Part shown: piece after piece, positions 25,454-36,800 of the stretch
Position numbering within the stretch: position 1 is the stretch's first letter
How the letters are laid out: each line of letters starts with the position of its first letter
From: Trichosphaerium sp. ATCC 40318
Lineage: Eukaryota > Protista > Tubulinea
Reading direction: 5' to 3'
DNA: 64,000 nt
Assembly (NCBI GenBank): GCA_038496445.1
Contig: JALMLS010000481.1
Span: 1-64,000 of the forward strand
The notes under the pieces: generated by a model
What the model was told of the DNA's origin: nothing
Databases searched by the model: none
Seen by the model: only the letters and a program-made list of their open reading frames with translations
Position numbers and translations under genes: made by a program

Positions 25454-26238
25454 ATGCGCACCTTCTCTATCCTCGCTATTGCTATACTACACCTTGTAGT
25501 ATGTCAAGTACGTTACCTTATCTCTCCAACGAGCTCCGGAAAACTTTTGTACGACGTTACTCTAAATGTTGTTTTAGGTCGTCCTTGTTGAATACGACGC
25601 CATAGAAGCGTCATTTCTAACAGCCAGTTCATCTGCGGCTGGGATTATACCAGGAGTATTCGAAAGAGGGAGTGGTATATACGAAAGAGCTACAAACAAT
25701 GCGTTTAACTCAGCAGGTATGATAGAAAGTTAATGGTAGTCACGTGATGTTTTTTTGGTTTCCATCTCAAAGCGTTTGTGTTTAACATCCTCATAGGATT
25801 CAGTAGTACACTGAGTCATGCTGTTGGTTTTGCTGAGTATCTTGAGTTTGGTTTTACCACCTCCTCAGCGACGACACTGAGTAGCTTTGTGTAAGTAGTA
25901 ATGACCAAGATTTTTATTTCCTGGCCACGTGATTGTTTTTTTGTGGGTTTTTCTTTGTTAGGTTTATGTGTATTTACTTGTATTCTAGGTTTACTCATAG
26001 AAGTAGTGGAAGTGGTCCGAATCAATTAAGCTTTCAGGTTTCTATTGATGGAGGAGCTTTTGCTCAATTTGCGACAGGAGCACCTACTGGAACAGGAACA
26101 GTTGGATTGCATGTTGATTTCGCACCTGGAACTGTTGCTACAACATCAGCAAAAATTCGTATCTATCCTTACGGTGCTTCAGCTCACCAAGGGACTTATC
26201 GTTATGTCGGTAAAATTACTCTCAATGGCATTATTTAA
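25454..26238 (+). CDS. Small secreted beta-rich protein (4 exons)
   Basis: Signal peptide MRTFSILAIAILHLVVCQ. Three GT-AG introns give a continuous frame ending ...KIRIYPYGASAHQGTYRYVGKITLNGII*. Confidence 0.8.
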
Positions 26239-26316
26239 AATAAAAGTTAAACGGTTTGCTACTTACAGAAGTTGTTACACTGTACCTTAAGTAACAAACT
26301 ATGGCTGTACAAACCT

Positions 26317-26420
26317 GGTTTTACGGACGTTTGAGGCTAAGGGAGGTTGGCGACTAAAGTACAAGTCAACAATCTAGAGGCGTAAGCAACGGCTTGAGGC
26401 AATTACGCAATGACTATGAT
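26317..26420 (+). repeat. ~100-bp dispersed repeat (second copy ~32091-32188)
   Basis: GGTTTTA(C/T)GGACGTTTGAG...AAGTCAACAATCTAGAGGC...CAATGACTAT is present twice. Confidence 0.8.
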
Positions 26421-26729
26421 GTACGAGGAAAGTTTTTGGTTTTCGGTTGTAGTTTTATTGTGTCTTTGAATAAAACAAGGATCTCAGGCCTCGTGACCAA
26501 GCGGTCAAGCCAAGAGATAGGTTCTCCACCAATCTGTGTTGTGTTGTTTATGCGAGCCAATGGACGATAGTTATCAAACGCTGGTAAAATGCTAATTATA
26601 CCGTCATAAAAAATACTGAGAAAATCTGCTATTGTATTTAGAAAGATTGTTCTTTATTGCTTATCATTAACAGCTTACAGAATAGCTGTGGTTCAAAAGC
26701 TGTTGTATGTTCTACTTGTAAATATCAAA

Positions 26730-27150
26730 TATTGATCCCCAGTGACTCAACAGCCTCTTTGGTTACTGCGGACTTCTGTGATGCCAAATGTTTTAGAGAT
26801 TTTACCCATTTGTAATTGTGATACAGCCATGCAGGGTGAGTTGTTCAAGGTTGACCAATGTCTTAAAACCCAAGTCTGTTATCTTGGAGCAACCGTTAAG
26901 CTCAAGGTATTTTACATTGGTCAATGATTTAATTCCATCATCTGTTAAATCATTATCATACTTAATGTTGATAGTGTAGCAATATTGACAGTGTGTACAT
27001 TGCAAAGATGTTTCAGCCATGAGTCTTTTGGGAAAGAAAGTGAACGTCTTAGAGTGCTTTGATGCCTTCAACTGTAATATTATGGCAGTATTGGTCAGTT
27101 GTGTGTACACCAACAAGATTTTGGAGTCCTTCATCTGTCGCTGATGTGCG
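26730..27150 (-). pseudogene. LRR C-terminal fragment of the F-box/LRR family
   Basis: TDDGIKSLTNVKYLELNGCSKITDLGFKTLVNLEQL with upstream frameshifts and no F-box. Confidence 0.85.
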
Positions 27151-27757
27151 ACAAAGGACATCAATAACTCAACATAAAATTTGATGAATTTGCACTGTCC
27201 ACGTGATTTAAAAAACCAACCGTACTTAGTTACAATTTTTAATACGGGTACATGGCACCACCATCAGTTACTGTTTTAACTTGTTCTTTCAGCTCGCAGC
27301 GTATTTGATCTTCTATTGCTTTGCTGTCAATTAGTTGGATTTATTTGCACTTGCTGCCATTTGTCGTACCACAGTATCGCATCCAGAGATACTTTGAGCG
27401 ATTTTGGAATTAATCTTTACGGTTTTTACCCTTTGATACGCCTATTGACGCTATGATTGTCAGCACCAGCATGTGGCAGCGTAGTATGTTAACCAACGAA
27501 TGTACCTTTTGGTTAGCTGGCCTCCTTTGGGCGCTTCCTTGGTGAGTGTAGTATTTACAAGCGCACTTATGTAAAATACTGCTTTCGTCTTGTTACAGTG
27601 CTGTTTTATGAAAAAAAAAAATACAAAGCTCCCAAACACGCGATTTTTTCCAAAAATAACACTGTCGCCCAGTTTCGTGTCAGCAAAAAAAGTGTGGTCG
27701 ATTTTTTTCGTTTAGAGTTTGGTCAACAGCTATTCCGTAATAAGTACACGTGGCACC

Positions 27758-29010
27758 ATGGATCGCATAGAAGGTAATAAAAACCCGTGTGATTTGGTGT
27801 CTGATACATTAAATCAAAGGTAATCGTTTTTTGTTGATTGTATTGTTCTAAAATAATTTGTAGCACTCAAAAAACGTTACTGGACATGCCCACTGAGATT
27901 GTAGCGATTATTCTAAGTCATACAACCAAATCTCGATTTGCAGCTTGTCAAACATGTCGTATCCTTTCTTCTATCATTCACGACATTATTGGATACCATA
28001 GTATACGTATAACAACAGAAAATCAAGTGAAAGAAGTTGTAAAGCATTGTGGAATCATGAAGCACACAAGAATCGATTTAGTAAATAATTGGCGTTTCGG
28101 GTTTCCTTCTGACAAGATTGTGGAACAATTTGCAGGAGTTCATACAATTGATCTTTCTTGTACATCAGTTACAGATGAAGGAGTCAAAGCACTCAAGGGT
28201 GTTCATAATATTAACCTTTGTCGCACATCAGTGAAAGATGTAGGAGCCAAAGTACTTGCAGGTGTTCATACTATTAACCTTTCTGATACATCAGTGACAG
28301 ATGAAGGAGTCAAAGCACTCAAGGGTGTTCATAATATTAACCTTTTTTGCACTCATGTGACAGATGAAGGAGTCAAAGCACTCAAAGGTGTTCATACTAT
28401 TAACCTTTCTCACACTGATGTGACAGATGAAGGAGTCAAAGCACTCAAGGGTGTTCATACTATTGACCTTTCTTGCACATCAGTGACAGATAAAGGAGTC
28501 AAAGCACTCAAGGGTGTTCATACTATTAACCTTTCTGATACATCAGTGACAGATGAAGGAGTCAAAGCACTCAAGGGTGTTCATACTATTAACCTTTGTC
28601 GCACATCAGTGACAGATAAAGGAGTCAAAGCACTCAAAGACGTTCATGAGATTATGCTTTCTTTCCCAAAAGACTCATGGCTGAAACATCTTTGCAATGT
28701 ACACACTGTCAATATTGCTCGTGGGAGATATTTAACAGATGATGGAATTAAATCATTGACCAATGTAAAATACCTTGAGCTTAACGATTGCCCCAAGATA
28801 ACAGACTTGGGTTTTAAGACATTGGTCAACCTTGAACAACTCCTCCTGGGCAACTGCCCACAGATTACAAATGGTTGCTTGAAGCACTTGCCATCTTTAA
28901 AACAGGTTGCAGGATTGAAAAATACCAAACTTACAAAAGAAGCTGTTGAGTCAATGGGTATTCAATATTGTGGACTGTATTTTGTAACTAGTTCAATTTA
29001 TGTGTATTAA
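27758..29010 (+). CDS. F-box + LRR protein
   Basis: ATG 27758 (MDRIEGNKNPCDLVSDTLNQ), phase-2 intron 27820-27863, F-box LLDMPTEI, eight 21-aa LRRs plus conserved C-terminal LRRs. Confidence 0.92.
28138..28641 (+). repeat. 8 x 63-bp coding tandem repeat (LRR units)
   Basis: Unit GTTCATACTATTAACCTT...GTGACAGATGAAGGAGTCAAAGCACTCAAGGGT. Units 3 and 7 are identical. Confidence 0.95.
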
Positions 29011-29249
29011 TTAGTTAAATAAATAGGCAATATTTACAAGTCATTGTAACGTTGTTTTGTCTATTGTACAATTTTCTAACTTTTGGATTGTTGAGAGTGA
29101 CGGCATTCCAAATCATATTCTTTTCAAGTGTATGTTATAAATAGCTTCTCAACTTATCCCGACTTTGGTTACAGACCTGCATTTGGAATTGGTACTGGTA
29201 TTTTTTTTGGGAGATCCTCGAAGAGGTCTAACCGGGCACTAAAATCAAA

Positions 29250-29560
29250 AAACAATAATATCACAATAGCCTTTGTCAACAAATGCTGGTGACACTGAAC
29301 TATCTGATCCCTTTTGGACTGGTCGGTTTTACTGGTATTAATCCTGTGGTAATGGTTGATGTTACTGGCTGAACTGGAGTTGGTTCTACTGGTGGTATTG
29401 ATTAGTGTTGTTGGTACTATTGATTCTATTGGTGTACTGGTAAGGGACTATTGAACATAAACGCAGATATTCCACTACAGCCTTGCCACCGATCAAAACA
29501 GTTACAGTTGCAGAGGTTGTTGGGATTTCTAAAGAAGGCATTGAAGTATTAGGATTAAAG
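29250..29560 (-). pseudogene. Degraded paralog of the surface protein at 62192-64000
   Basis: Fragments SLEIPTTSATVTVL...SGISAFMFNSP...PT-rich...PAFVDK align to SIDITTTDVTVL...EGISAFNYNPP...PAFVDR of the 62192 gene. Frameshifts are present. Confidence 0.6.
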
Positions 29561-30181
29561 TTCATTCAGCATAATAAAGACAATCAAGCATTTGTGAGTT
29601 TTTTTATTTCATTACATCCAGGACTGTTTTGTTACTCTACAATATTTGCTGTAAATTGTAGAGTACGGTTATTCCAACGACATAGATAACAAGCTTCTGG
29701 AAAACTAACGATCTTGAGGAAGTACTGTAACGGCTTCCTGGCATTCCCAAAAACGTTTGGAAATGTCACGTTTTCTCATTTAAAGTAAAAAGGCAAGATC
29801 AATATCACGGGGCATAGTTCAAAGTATTATAGCAGGTACTAGCTTCAAAGATACTTGTAAAACCAAATACGTTAATATATGAAGGTTGAATAGTTTGATT
29901 AAGACGTTTGATGTAAGTGCCTACTGTTTAATTATAACGTACCAAGTTCTATCTTTTCCACTCTATGCTTGCATATACAAAAACCCACTTTTTTTTGAAG
30001 CTAGGGAGGCAGCAACGTTTGCAAAACATAAGCCAAGTCTTGGTTTTATGGCAACAACAAAAAAGTGTAATCACGTGATACCACATTGACGTTTAAAACT
30101 CAAACAAAAAAAAAAAGAGTCGACAGAAGGAGGAGAACACTGATGAAAAATTGAGGTTTATTGTTACTACTTACAACGGAT

Positions 30182-30715
30182 TTAAGGACCGCAAAAGTAT
30201 TCAATAGATTCCAAAGGTACAGGTACGCCGTATGTTACTACTTCAGCTGCAACCTTGTTGTATGCTTTTCTACATCTTCCTCTGTTTACAATATCACGGT
30301 TCCAGCAAGAAGCAAAGACTGAAGCATCAAGACCAGTGAATGTAGAAATGAAAGTGTTTGTTCCACGGACTTCAATACCTGAGTATTTTACTGGAGTGAA
30401 AGTGGTTGTGTTTGTTACTCTGTTTATGAACCCATGATCCCAGAAGCTGATAAAGCTTTGGTATCCATCTGGTTGTAGAGCTACTGTTTCGCTTGATAGA
30501 CCAACAGCAAACATGAGGAAATCACTTGAGCTGTCGTAAACCCAGTAGTCATTTACTAAGTCAACAAGAAAGAAACCAGCATCGCTGAATGTGGTGTTTA
30601 CAATAGCTGGAAAAGTTACTGTACACTCTTCATCGAAGATACCGGTGCTCAAAAGAGCAGCTGATGTGCATGCTACTGTGATGAGAAGAATAAGAGAGAG
30701 GGAAGAGTTACTCAT
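30182..30715 (-). CDS. Intronless secreted protein of unknown function (177 aa)
   Basis: ATG-initiated ORF with an N-terminal hydrophobic signal peptide and an AATAAA-like signal downstream. Confidence 0.75.
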   Translation of the reverse strand: MSNSSLSLILLITVACTSAALLSTGIFDEECTVTFPAIVNTTFSDAGFFLVDLVNDYWVYDSSSDFLMFAVGLSSETVALQPDGYQSFISFWDHGFINRVTNTTTFTPVKYSGIEVRGTNTFISTFTGLDASVFASCWNRDIVNRGRCRKAYNKVAAEVVTYGVPVPLESIEYFCGP

Positions 30716-31608
30716 GTCGTGTTACTGAGGATATTATGGAAAATTCGTGAGTTTTTTGACATTTTTCCTTGTTTTTCACGAAAAAGGAGAAAAAAAAAGT
30801 AACAACTTGAGTTGGAGACTTTCTGTTTCCTCCCATTCACATTGTAAAGTATGGGCGATGGCTGTAACGTTACATGTTTACGGAAAATGTGATCTGACGT
30901 TTCTATTCGGACTAATTTCCGCGTAACTGTGTGAGTGCGTTTAAACTTGGCTAGTTGGCCTCGTAAGATCAATTCGAAGCGTTTTCAGCTAGAAAAATAC
31001 AGAAAGAGTGTTACCTTTTTTGTAGAGAGCAACATTCGCGGTTAACATCACCACAAGCGTTACTGCGTACTTTGTGGAGCAAAGTACTTAGGTAGTACCT
31101 TTTTGTCCTTTTTTGGTGACCAAGTACTTCCCTTACTTTTGCTGAAAGGTGTCATACGCACAAATGGTAATTGCACCATGCAATGAAGTCACAATAGAAT
31201 GAAATCAACTTGTTTTGTATTGTGTCGCACAAAGGTACTTCCGTTCTTGCATTTATACGCATGGCGGTGAATGACGTTAGTTTGTATTTGACGATAAACA
31301 TATAGGATAGTTAGTGTGTAGAATTTTTGACTTTTTTTTGGGCTTATACTTCAATGTCGAAAAAAAAGTCAAACAAATGTCGAAGTGATATTGAACTGTT
31401 CGCCACAAAGGGAGACAACTGGGTTATGGCGCTCAGTCGCCGCTAGGCTCTGCCCCCCAAACCCCCCCTGAAAGGGGGGGCTTTCTAAATAGTTCCTATG
31501 ACATAATATAGGATAATTAGTGTGCCGAATTTTTGACTTTTTTTTGACAAAGTTCTACATATTTGTGTTACCGGACAATAAGGGAATCTCGTTGTTAGTT
31601 CAAACTTG

Positions 31609-31835
31609 GGATTTGACACGCAATAACATTAATTTTGTTTTAGCGTTAAGCCTGGTTTTTTGGGAGTGGTTGTGAGCATAGGTAGCCTTGTGCAACTTAT
31701 TGCAAGCTATAACATTAGTATGTCCTTAAAATGAGCATAAAAGCAGAAAGTCACGTGTGTGCTACAAATGGTAGTGGCCTTCTAAAAAGTAAGGCTTAGC
31801 GCTACAATAAAATAGCGTTAATTCAAGGCAAATCC
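31609..31835. mobile_element. MITE copy A (~227 bp, TIR GGATTTG..., TSD TTG)
   Basis: Imperfect ~40-bp TIRs (GGATTTGACACGCAATAAC... / ...GTTAATTCAAGGCAAATCC), flanked by TTG on both sides. Homologous along its length to the reverse complement of 33485-33718. Confidence 0.8.
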
Positions 31836-32190
31836 TTGGCGAACACTTCGGTTTTGAAAGAATCCATCAGTTGGACGTGATTCAAGTATTGAATGCTGGT
31901 GACCATTGAGATTAATGGAAGCGTAAAAACCATAAAACCGGAGTGCCTTGTCATTCAATTGTACTACATGGAATATGTGAGCAATTTTTCTTTGCTGTGA
32001 TAGTCGCAACAGTAAGTACAAAAAGACACTTACAAAAGATCTTATTTTTCAACTACCAGTTGCAAACACATCAATTTATTGTAAAAACACGGTTTTATGG
32101 ACGTTTGAGACTAAAGGAGGCTGGCAACTTAAAATAAAAGTCAACAATCTAGAGGCATAAGCAATGCCTACACTCACAATGACTATATCG

Positions 32191-32711
32191 AAGCACTCAA
32201 AGGTGTTCATACTATTAACCTTTCCCACACTGATGTGACAGATGAAGCACTCCAAAGTCTTGTTGGTGTACACACAATTACCCTTGATAGTTACTATAAT
32301 ATTACAATTGAAGGAATCAAAGCACTCAAAGGCGTTCATGAGATTATGCTTACTTTCCCAAAAGACTCATGGCTTAAACATCTTTGCAATGTACCCCCTA
32401 TCAACATTTTTATGGGGCGTCCTACAACAGATGATGGAATCAAATCATTGACCAATGTCAAATACCTTGAGCTTAACGGTTGCCCCAAGATAACAGACTT
32501 GGGTTTTAAGACATTGGTCAACCTTGAACAACTCACCCTGGGCAACTGCCCACAGATTACAAACGGTTGCTTGAAGCACTTGCAGAATCTGAAACGTGTT
32601 GTAGTAGCGTGCACTGGAGATACAACTATAACAAGAGATGGTGTTGAGTCTATGGGTATTCAATTTTCTTATGTTTCAATGGGTTTACAAATACATAACC
32701 TAAATTACTAG
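32191..32711 (+). pseudogene. 5'-truncated LRR fragment of the F-box/LRR family
   Basis: Begins abruptly inside a 63-bp unit right after the ~100-bp repeat. Open to a stop at 32711 but has no F-box or ATG. Confidence 0.8.
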
Positions 32712-32827
32712 TAGCAAACAATTAAGCTATTATAACCAGAAGAACAAACAAGCTACATAAGAAAGTATGTATTGTAGTCAACAAACAACTTGTGATTTGG
32801 TATTGAGACTGTCCAACTACACGTGTT

Positions 32828-33480
32828 TTATAGACGCATACATGGGTTCTGAGCTGTAAAATATTCTTTTAATCCTTTGTAATCAGTTGCCTCTGCCAAT
32901 TTCAAAGCATAACTGTACTTCGGTATTTCATCCAAAGTTGCCCAAAACTCAATACATTTCTTAATATCTTTTTGAGTTTTGAATACAATTCTTTTCTCTG
33001 TAATCTTCTCGAAATATGTACATAGTGGATCTACCATTTCCTTACAATCAAAATACATCCATACACGAACAAGAGATATCAAGTCATGTGCGCAAGTGTA
33101 CATGACTTGTTTTCCTTGATCATAAGTTTCGATGATATCTTTTGCTGCAAACACTAGTGTTCCATCAAACTCCACTATCGCATCAACTTTGGTTGCAGAC
33201 CCAAAGTCTATCAACTGAGGTTCACCATTGTATGTCATAAAACTTCGAATACTTAGATCCCTAACAGATGTCAGTAAAAGTTAAGGAATACCAGAAAAAG
33301 GTAGAACATACCCATGAACAAAACCGCTTTCATGGAGTTTCTGTAAGATGTCTACAAATGGAGCCATTCCCTCTTCAGTAGTACCCTCTTGAATCTAACA
33401 AAGTATTTAGTTAAGAAAAGCATCAGTGTTTTACATACCAACTTTGGTACACCCTCAATTTGCTTTCTAGATAATGCCAT
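32828..33480 (-). pseudogene. Protein-kinase C-lobe fragment (truncated kinase or pseudokinase)
   Basis: Spliced IEGVPKL|IQEG...LQKLHESGFVHG|DLSIRSF...LIDFGSA...GTLVFAA...DLISLV. N-lobe is absent and the catalytic-loop Asn is replaced by Ser. Confidence 0.7.
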
Positions 33481-33484
33481 CTTC

Positions 33485-33718
33485 GGATTTGACCTGAAAT
33501 AGCGCTATTTTATTGTAACGTTAAGCCTACTTTTAAAAAGCCACTCCCGACTAGTAGCGCGCACGTGACTTTCTAGTCGAATGCTCGTGTAAAGTACTAC
33601 ATAAGGATATACTAATAGTACAGCTTGCAGAGGTACAAAAGGTTACCTATGTTCACAAACCTTCCCGAAAAATAAGGAGTAGCGCTAACACAAAATAGCG
33701 TTATTTCAGGTCAAATCC
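33485..33718. mobile_element. MITE copy B (~234 bp, TSD TTC)
   Basis: GGATTTGACCTGAAATAGCGCTATTTT ... AAAATAGCGTTATTTCAGGTCAAATCC near-perfect TIRs, flanked by TTC on both sides. Confidence 0.88.
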
Positions 33719-33835
33719 TTCGATCAGGCATTATTCAAAAAAACAATGACTTTTCTGTACTTTGCGCCTTTTTTGATCTTCAAGATAATTTTGCTACACG
33801 AAAGATTGTTCAAACGCTACTGCGTGTTAATTATC

Positions 33836-36800
33836 ATGCCGTATTACTGTATGAGCGTTATTTCACAACTTCTGTTGATTTTTGTCATACTTTTAACTTT
33901 AAAGCATCAAACTACCGTTTGTTACGCTTTAAAACCTCAAAAATGGACAAATGTTACGTCTACTATAGCACCGCACAAACGAGCATCTGACGGCATGGTA
34001 ATACGTTTATATCACTCATACTTATGTCTCACACGCTATAAACTAGACTTACGCCGTTATTGAGAACAAACTTTATATGTTTCGTGGACAAACTGACCGC
34101 GTATCTGTACGTACATTTCTACGCATAGCGACGTTTTGGCAGCTATATAAACTCTAATTTAACGTTTTTAGAATAATGCGTTCTACATCCTTGACCTTGA
34201 CACCTACGCTTGGATAGACAAATCAAAGAGCGGCTGTAGTGCTATCCCTCTTTCTGACACTATTATCTTTGGTTCTCATGGTCGTACATTCAACAAAACG
34301 TAAGGAGAAAGCCCCAAACGTTTTCATTTTTTTTGTTAAATATTTCTTGTAATTCAAAGAAGTTTCAAGATCTTGAAGGCTTGCCACACACAGCCTTCTT
34401 GTTTATCTTTTTTTGGTATTACTGTTAACTAACTATGAATATAGTTTATGGTCAATTACCAGTAATGACCAGTACTATGGATATGATATATGGGCTTACT
34501 CACCAGAAGGTAAAAATCACGTGTTGTATTTTTAGTATCTACGGAATGAAATTTCGATTTCTGTGTTACACTGAGGAGCATTCTTTTTCTTATTCTCTAA
34601 TTTTTTATGCTACACTTTTCAACTATTGTTCCATCTATTGTTCATTAGTATACCAGAATTATTAACCATGTTTTCTTTCAAGTAAATTCTTATTTTTTTC
34701 TGTGTTTTAGATGATGAATGTGTAAAAGTAAAGCACACAAACATCACATTCGGAATTCAAAATTACAAAACAAATGCAGCATTTGCTCGCCAGTCGTTGT
34801 ATATAATTCCAGATGAAGACATATCTGAGCTGAATCTTGTATGTTGGCAGAACTTAACAACATTGGAACACCTTGAATGTGCCAACACAACAATTCATGA
34901 TAGTTCTGGAGACTTCTCCATATTTAAGTTTGGTGGATCCTTAGTTGCTGATCTAACAGAGAAATACCTTATTTTATACGGTACATAGTAACTTTCAATG
35001 TCACCAAAAGATATATTGACACCTTCTTATTTAAGGTGGAGCATATATTTATAATTTTGGTGTTTGTGTTGCACAATTAGTACGCCTTGACTTAGACACC
35101 ATGATATGGGAGTATTGGATTGACAATTATATTGACGTCCCTTGTGATTACGCTGCTACTCCAATAGTTACATCATGTACAAACTCGTAACCTTACTTCC
35201 TTTGAAACTCACTGTAGTTTAAAAGCAAATGTATTTGTTGTTTCAACTACAGATAACGCAGATAACTCAGATTTAAATCCTGCAATTACGTACTCAGTGC
35301 CTTTATATAAGGAAACTCATCCTTTAATTAAACGTATCAACACAACAGATGTCAAACCTGCTACTAGAAGCTACCCTGTATGAACAAATTATTTTCACAA
35401 CAATAACTTTATGTTGCTTCAAACGGACTTTGTTTGGGTGTCTAAGTTCACATCTGTTGTAGGTTGCAATTCCAATTGACTCACAAAACAAGCTTCTTAT
35501 ATTTGGTGGCTACCATTCACCATCAAACTTGGTAGAGTTCTTTTCTGACACGTGGACATTAGAGTACAACTGAGTTCGCAAACACGATAAATACTAATTA
35601 TTGTTAGCTTGTCAGTTCCAATTGACCCAAAATCTTTAAAGCTATCTTGTCCACAGATAAGAGTTGGTGAAAGTGAGACTGTTCACATTCTTTGGTTATT
35701 CTCTAACAGTTCTATAGATACTACATGTACAATAGAAGCCTTTGATAGTGATGGCACTCCAACTGGAAGCCCTCAAGATGCATCTGAATTTACGCTTTCC
35801 TTTTCACCAGATAGTGTTGACTTGTCTCCTATCAAGTACACTGTAGGATCTTTTCGGTTTACCGTAATGACCACAGTTGCTGGAAAGCTTGAATTTTTCC
35901 TTGATTTTAAAGGTGAGGCGGTTCAGAATATGACAACAACAGTGATGCCTGGAGGTACATACGTCGCTTGGATTCAAGTATTTTAGATGTCTTTAATATT
36001 CGCTTACAATACTATAGACCCTATACCTGCAACTAGCAAACTCATGTATTCCGGAGGGACTATACCTACGTTATCAAAAGTTAAGCTATACATCATACCT
36101 GCGGATATGTATGGAAACTTACTTCCTGATATAACACGTGAACAAATAGATCTCATTAGAGCGTATATTGATAAAGGTATTAGACAGTAATAAGCAAAGT
36201 TAAATTCTAAATATTGGTGTAGAAACGGTTGCACAGAGTTTGGTGAAGAATCCGTTAAAGCCCACAGAGTAAACTTATTTTTTTGTCTTTTTTTTCTTGA
36301 GTTTTTTTGTGTTTTGCTTATCCGTTCTTAGGTTATATTTTGAATACGTTTTCACTACAAAAGGCCAACATGAATACTCAGCAGCTATTCTATACAACGG
36401 AATATATACAAGTGTGGGTAACTCACCTCTCATTTTACAAGTTGGTAAGCACAACAACAACTTATTTATGACTTCCAAAAATGTTGACCAATAGCTTCTT
36501 CTGCAGGGTTATGTTCGGAATTTAAGACTCAAGTGACTTATAACACAACTTCAACTTGTGAGTGTATCCCAGGATATCAACCATATAATACTACATGCCA
36601 AGCGTGTGATATTGCACATGTGAAGCCATTAGTGGGTAACACTGATTGCTACTGCCAAAGTGGTACGAAAACAGTTTCATGTTGACACGTGCGTTGTTTT
36701 TTCTAACAGTTTACCGTCAGGGTACTATGATTTCTCGTACCAAGATGAACTATTGAGCACGTGCATAGACTTAATAGATAGTAAAGCATTCAAAGATCCA

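Noticed and set aside
26487-26532. tRNA-like 5' half (GGCCTCGTGACCAAGCGGTCAAG)
   Set aside because: No anticodon arm, T-loop or acceptor stem can be formed.
27959-27968. GTATCCTTT U12-like donor in the F-box/LRR gene (also near 13200 on the minus strand)
   Set aside because: It lies in continuous coding sequence (CRILSS) that aligns with paralogs without an intron.
28138-28641. Regular repeats with short variable inserts resembling a CRISPR array or DGR variable region
   Set aside because: They are in-frame 63-bp LRR coding units. Variation is not adenine-specific, and no cas or DGR-type RT is present (the only RT is Gypsy).
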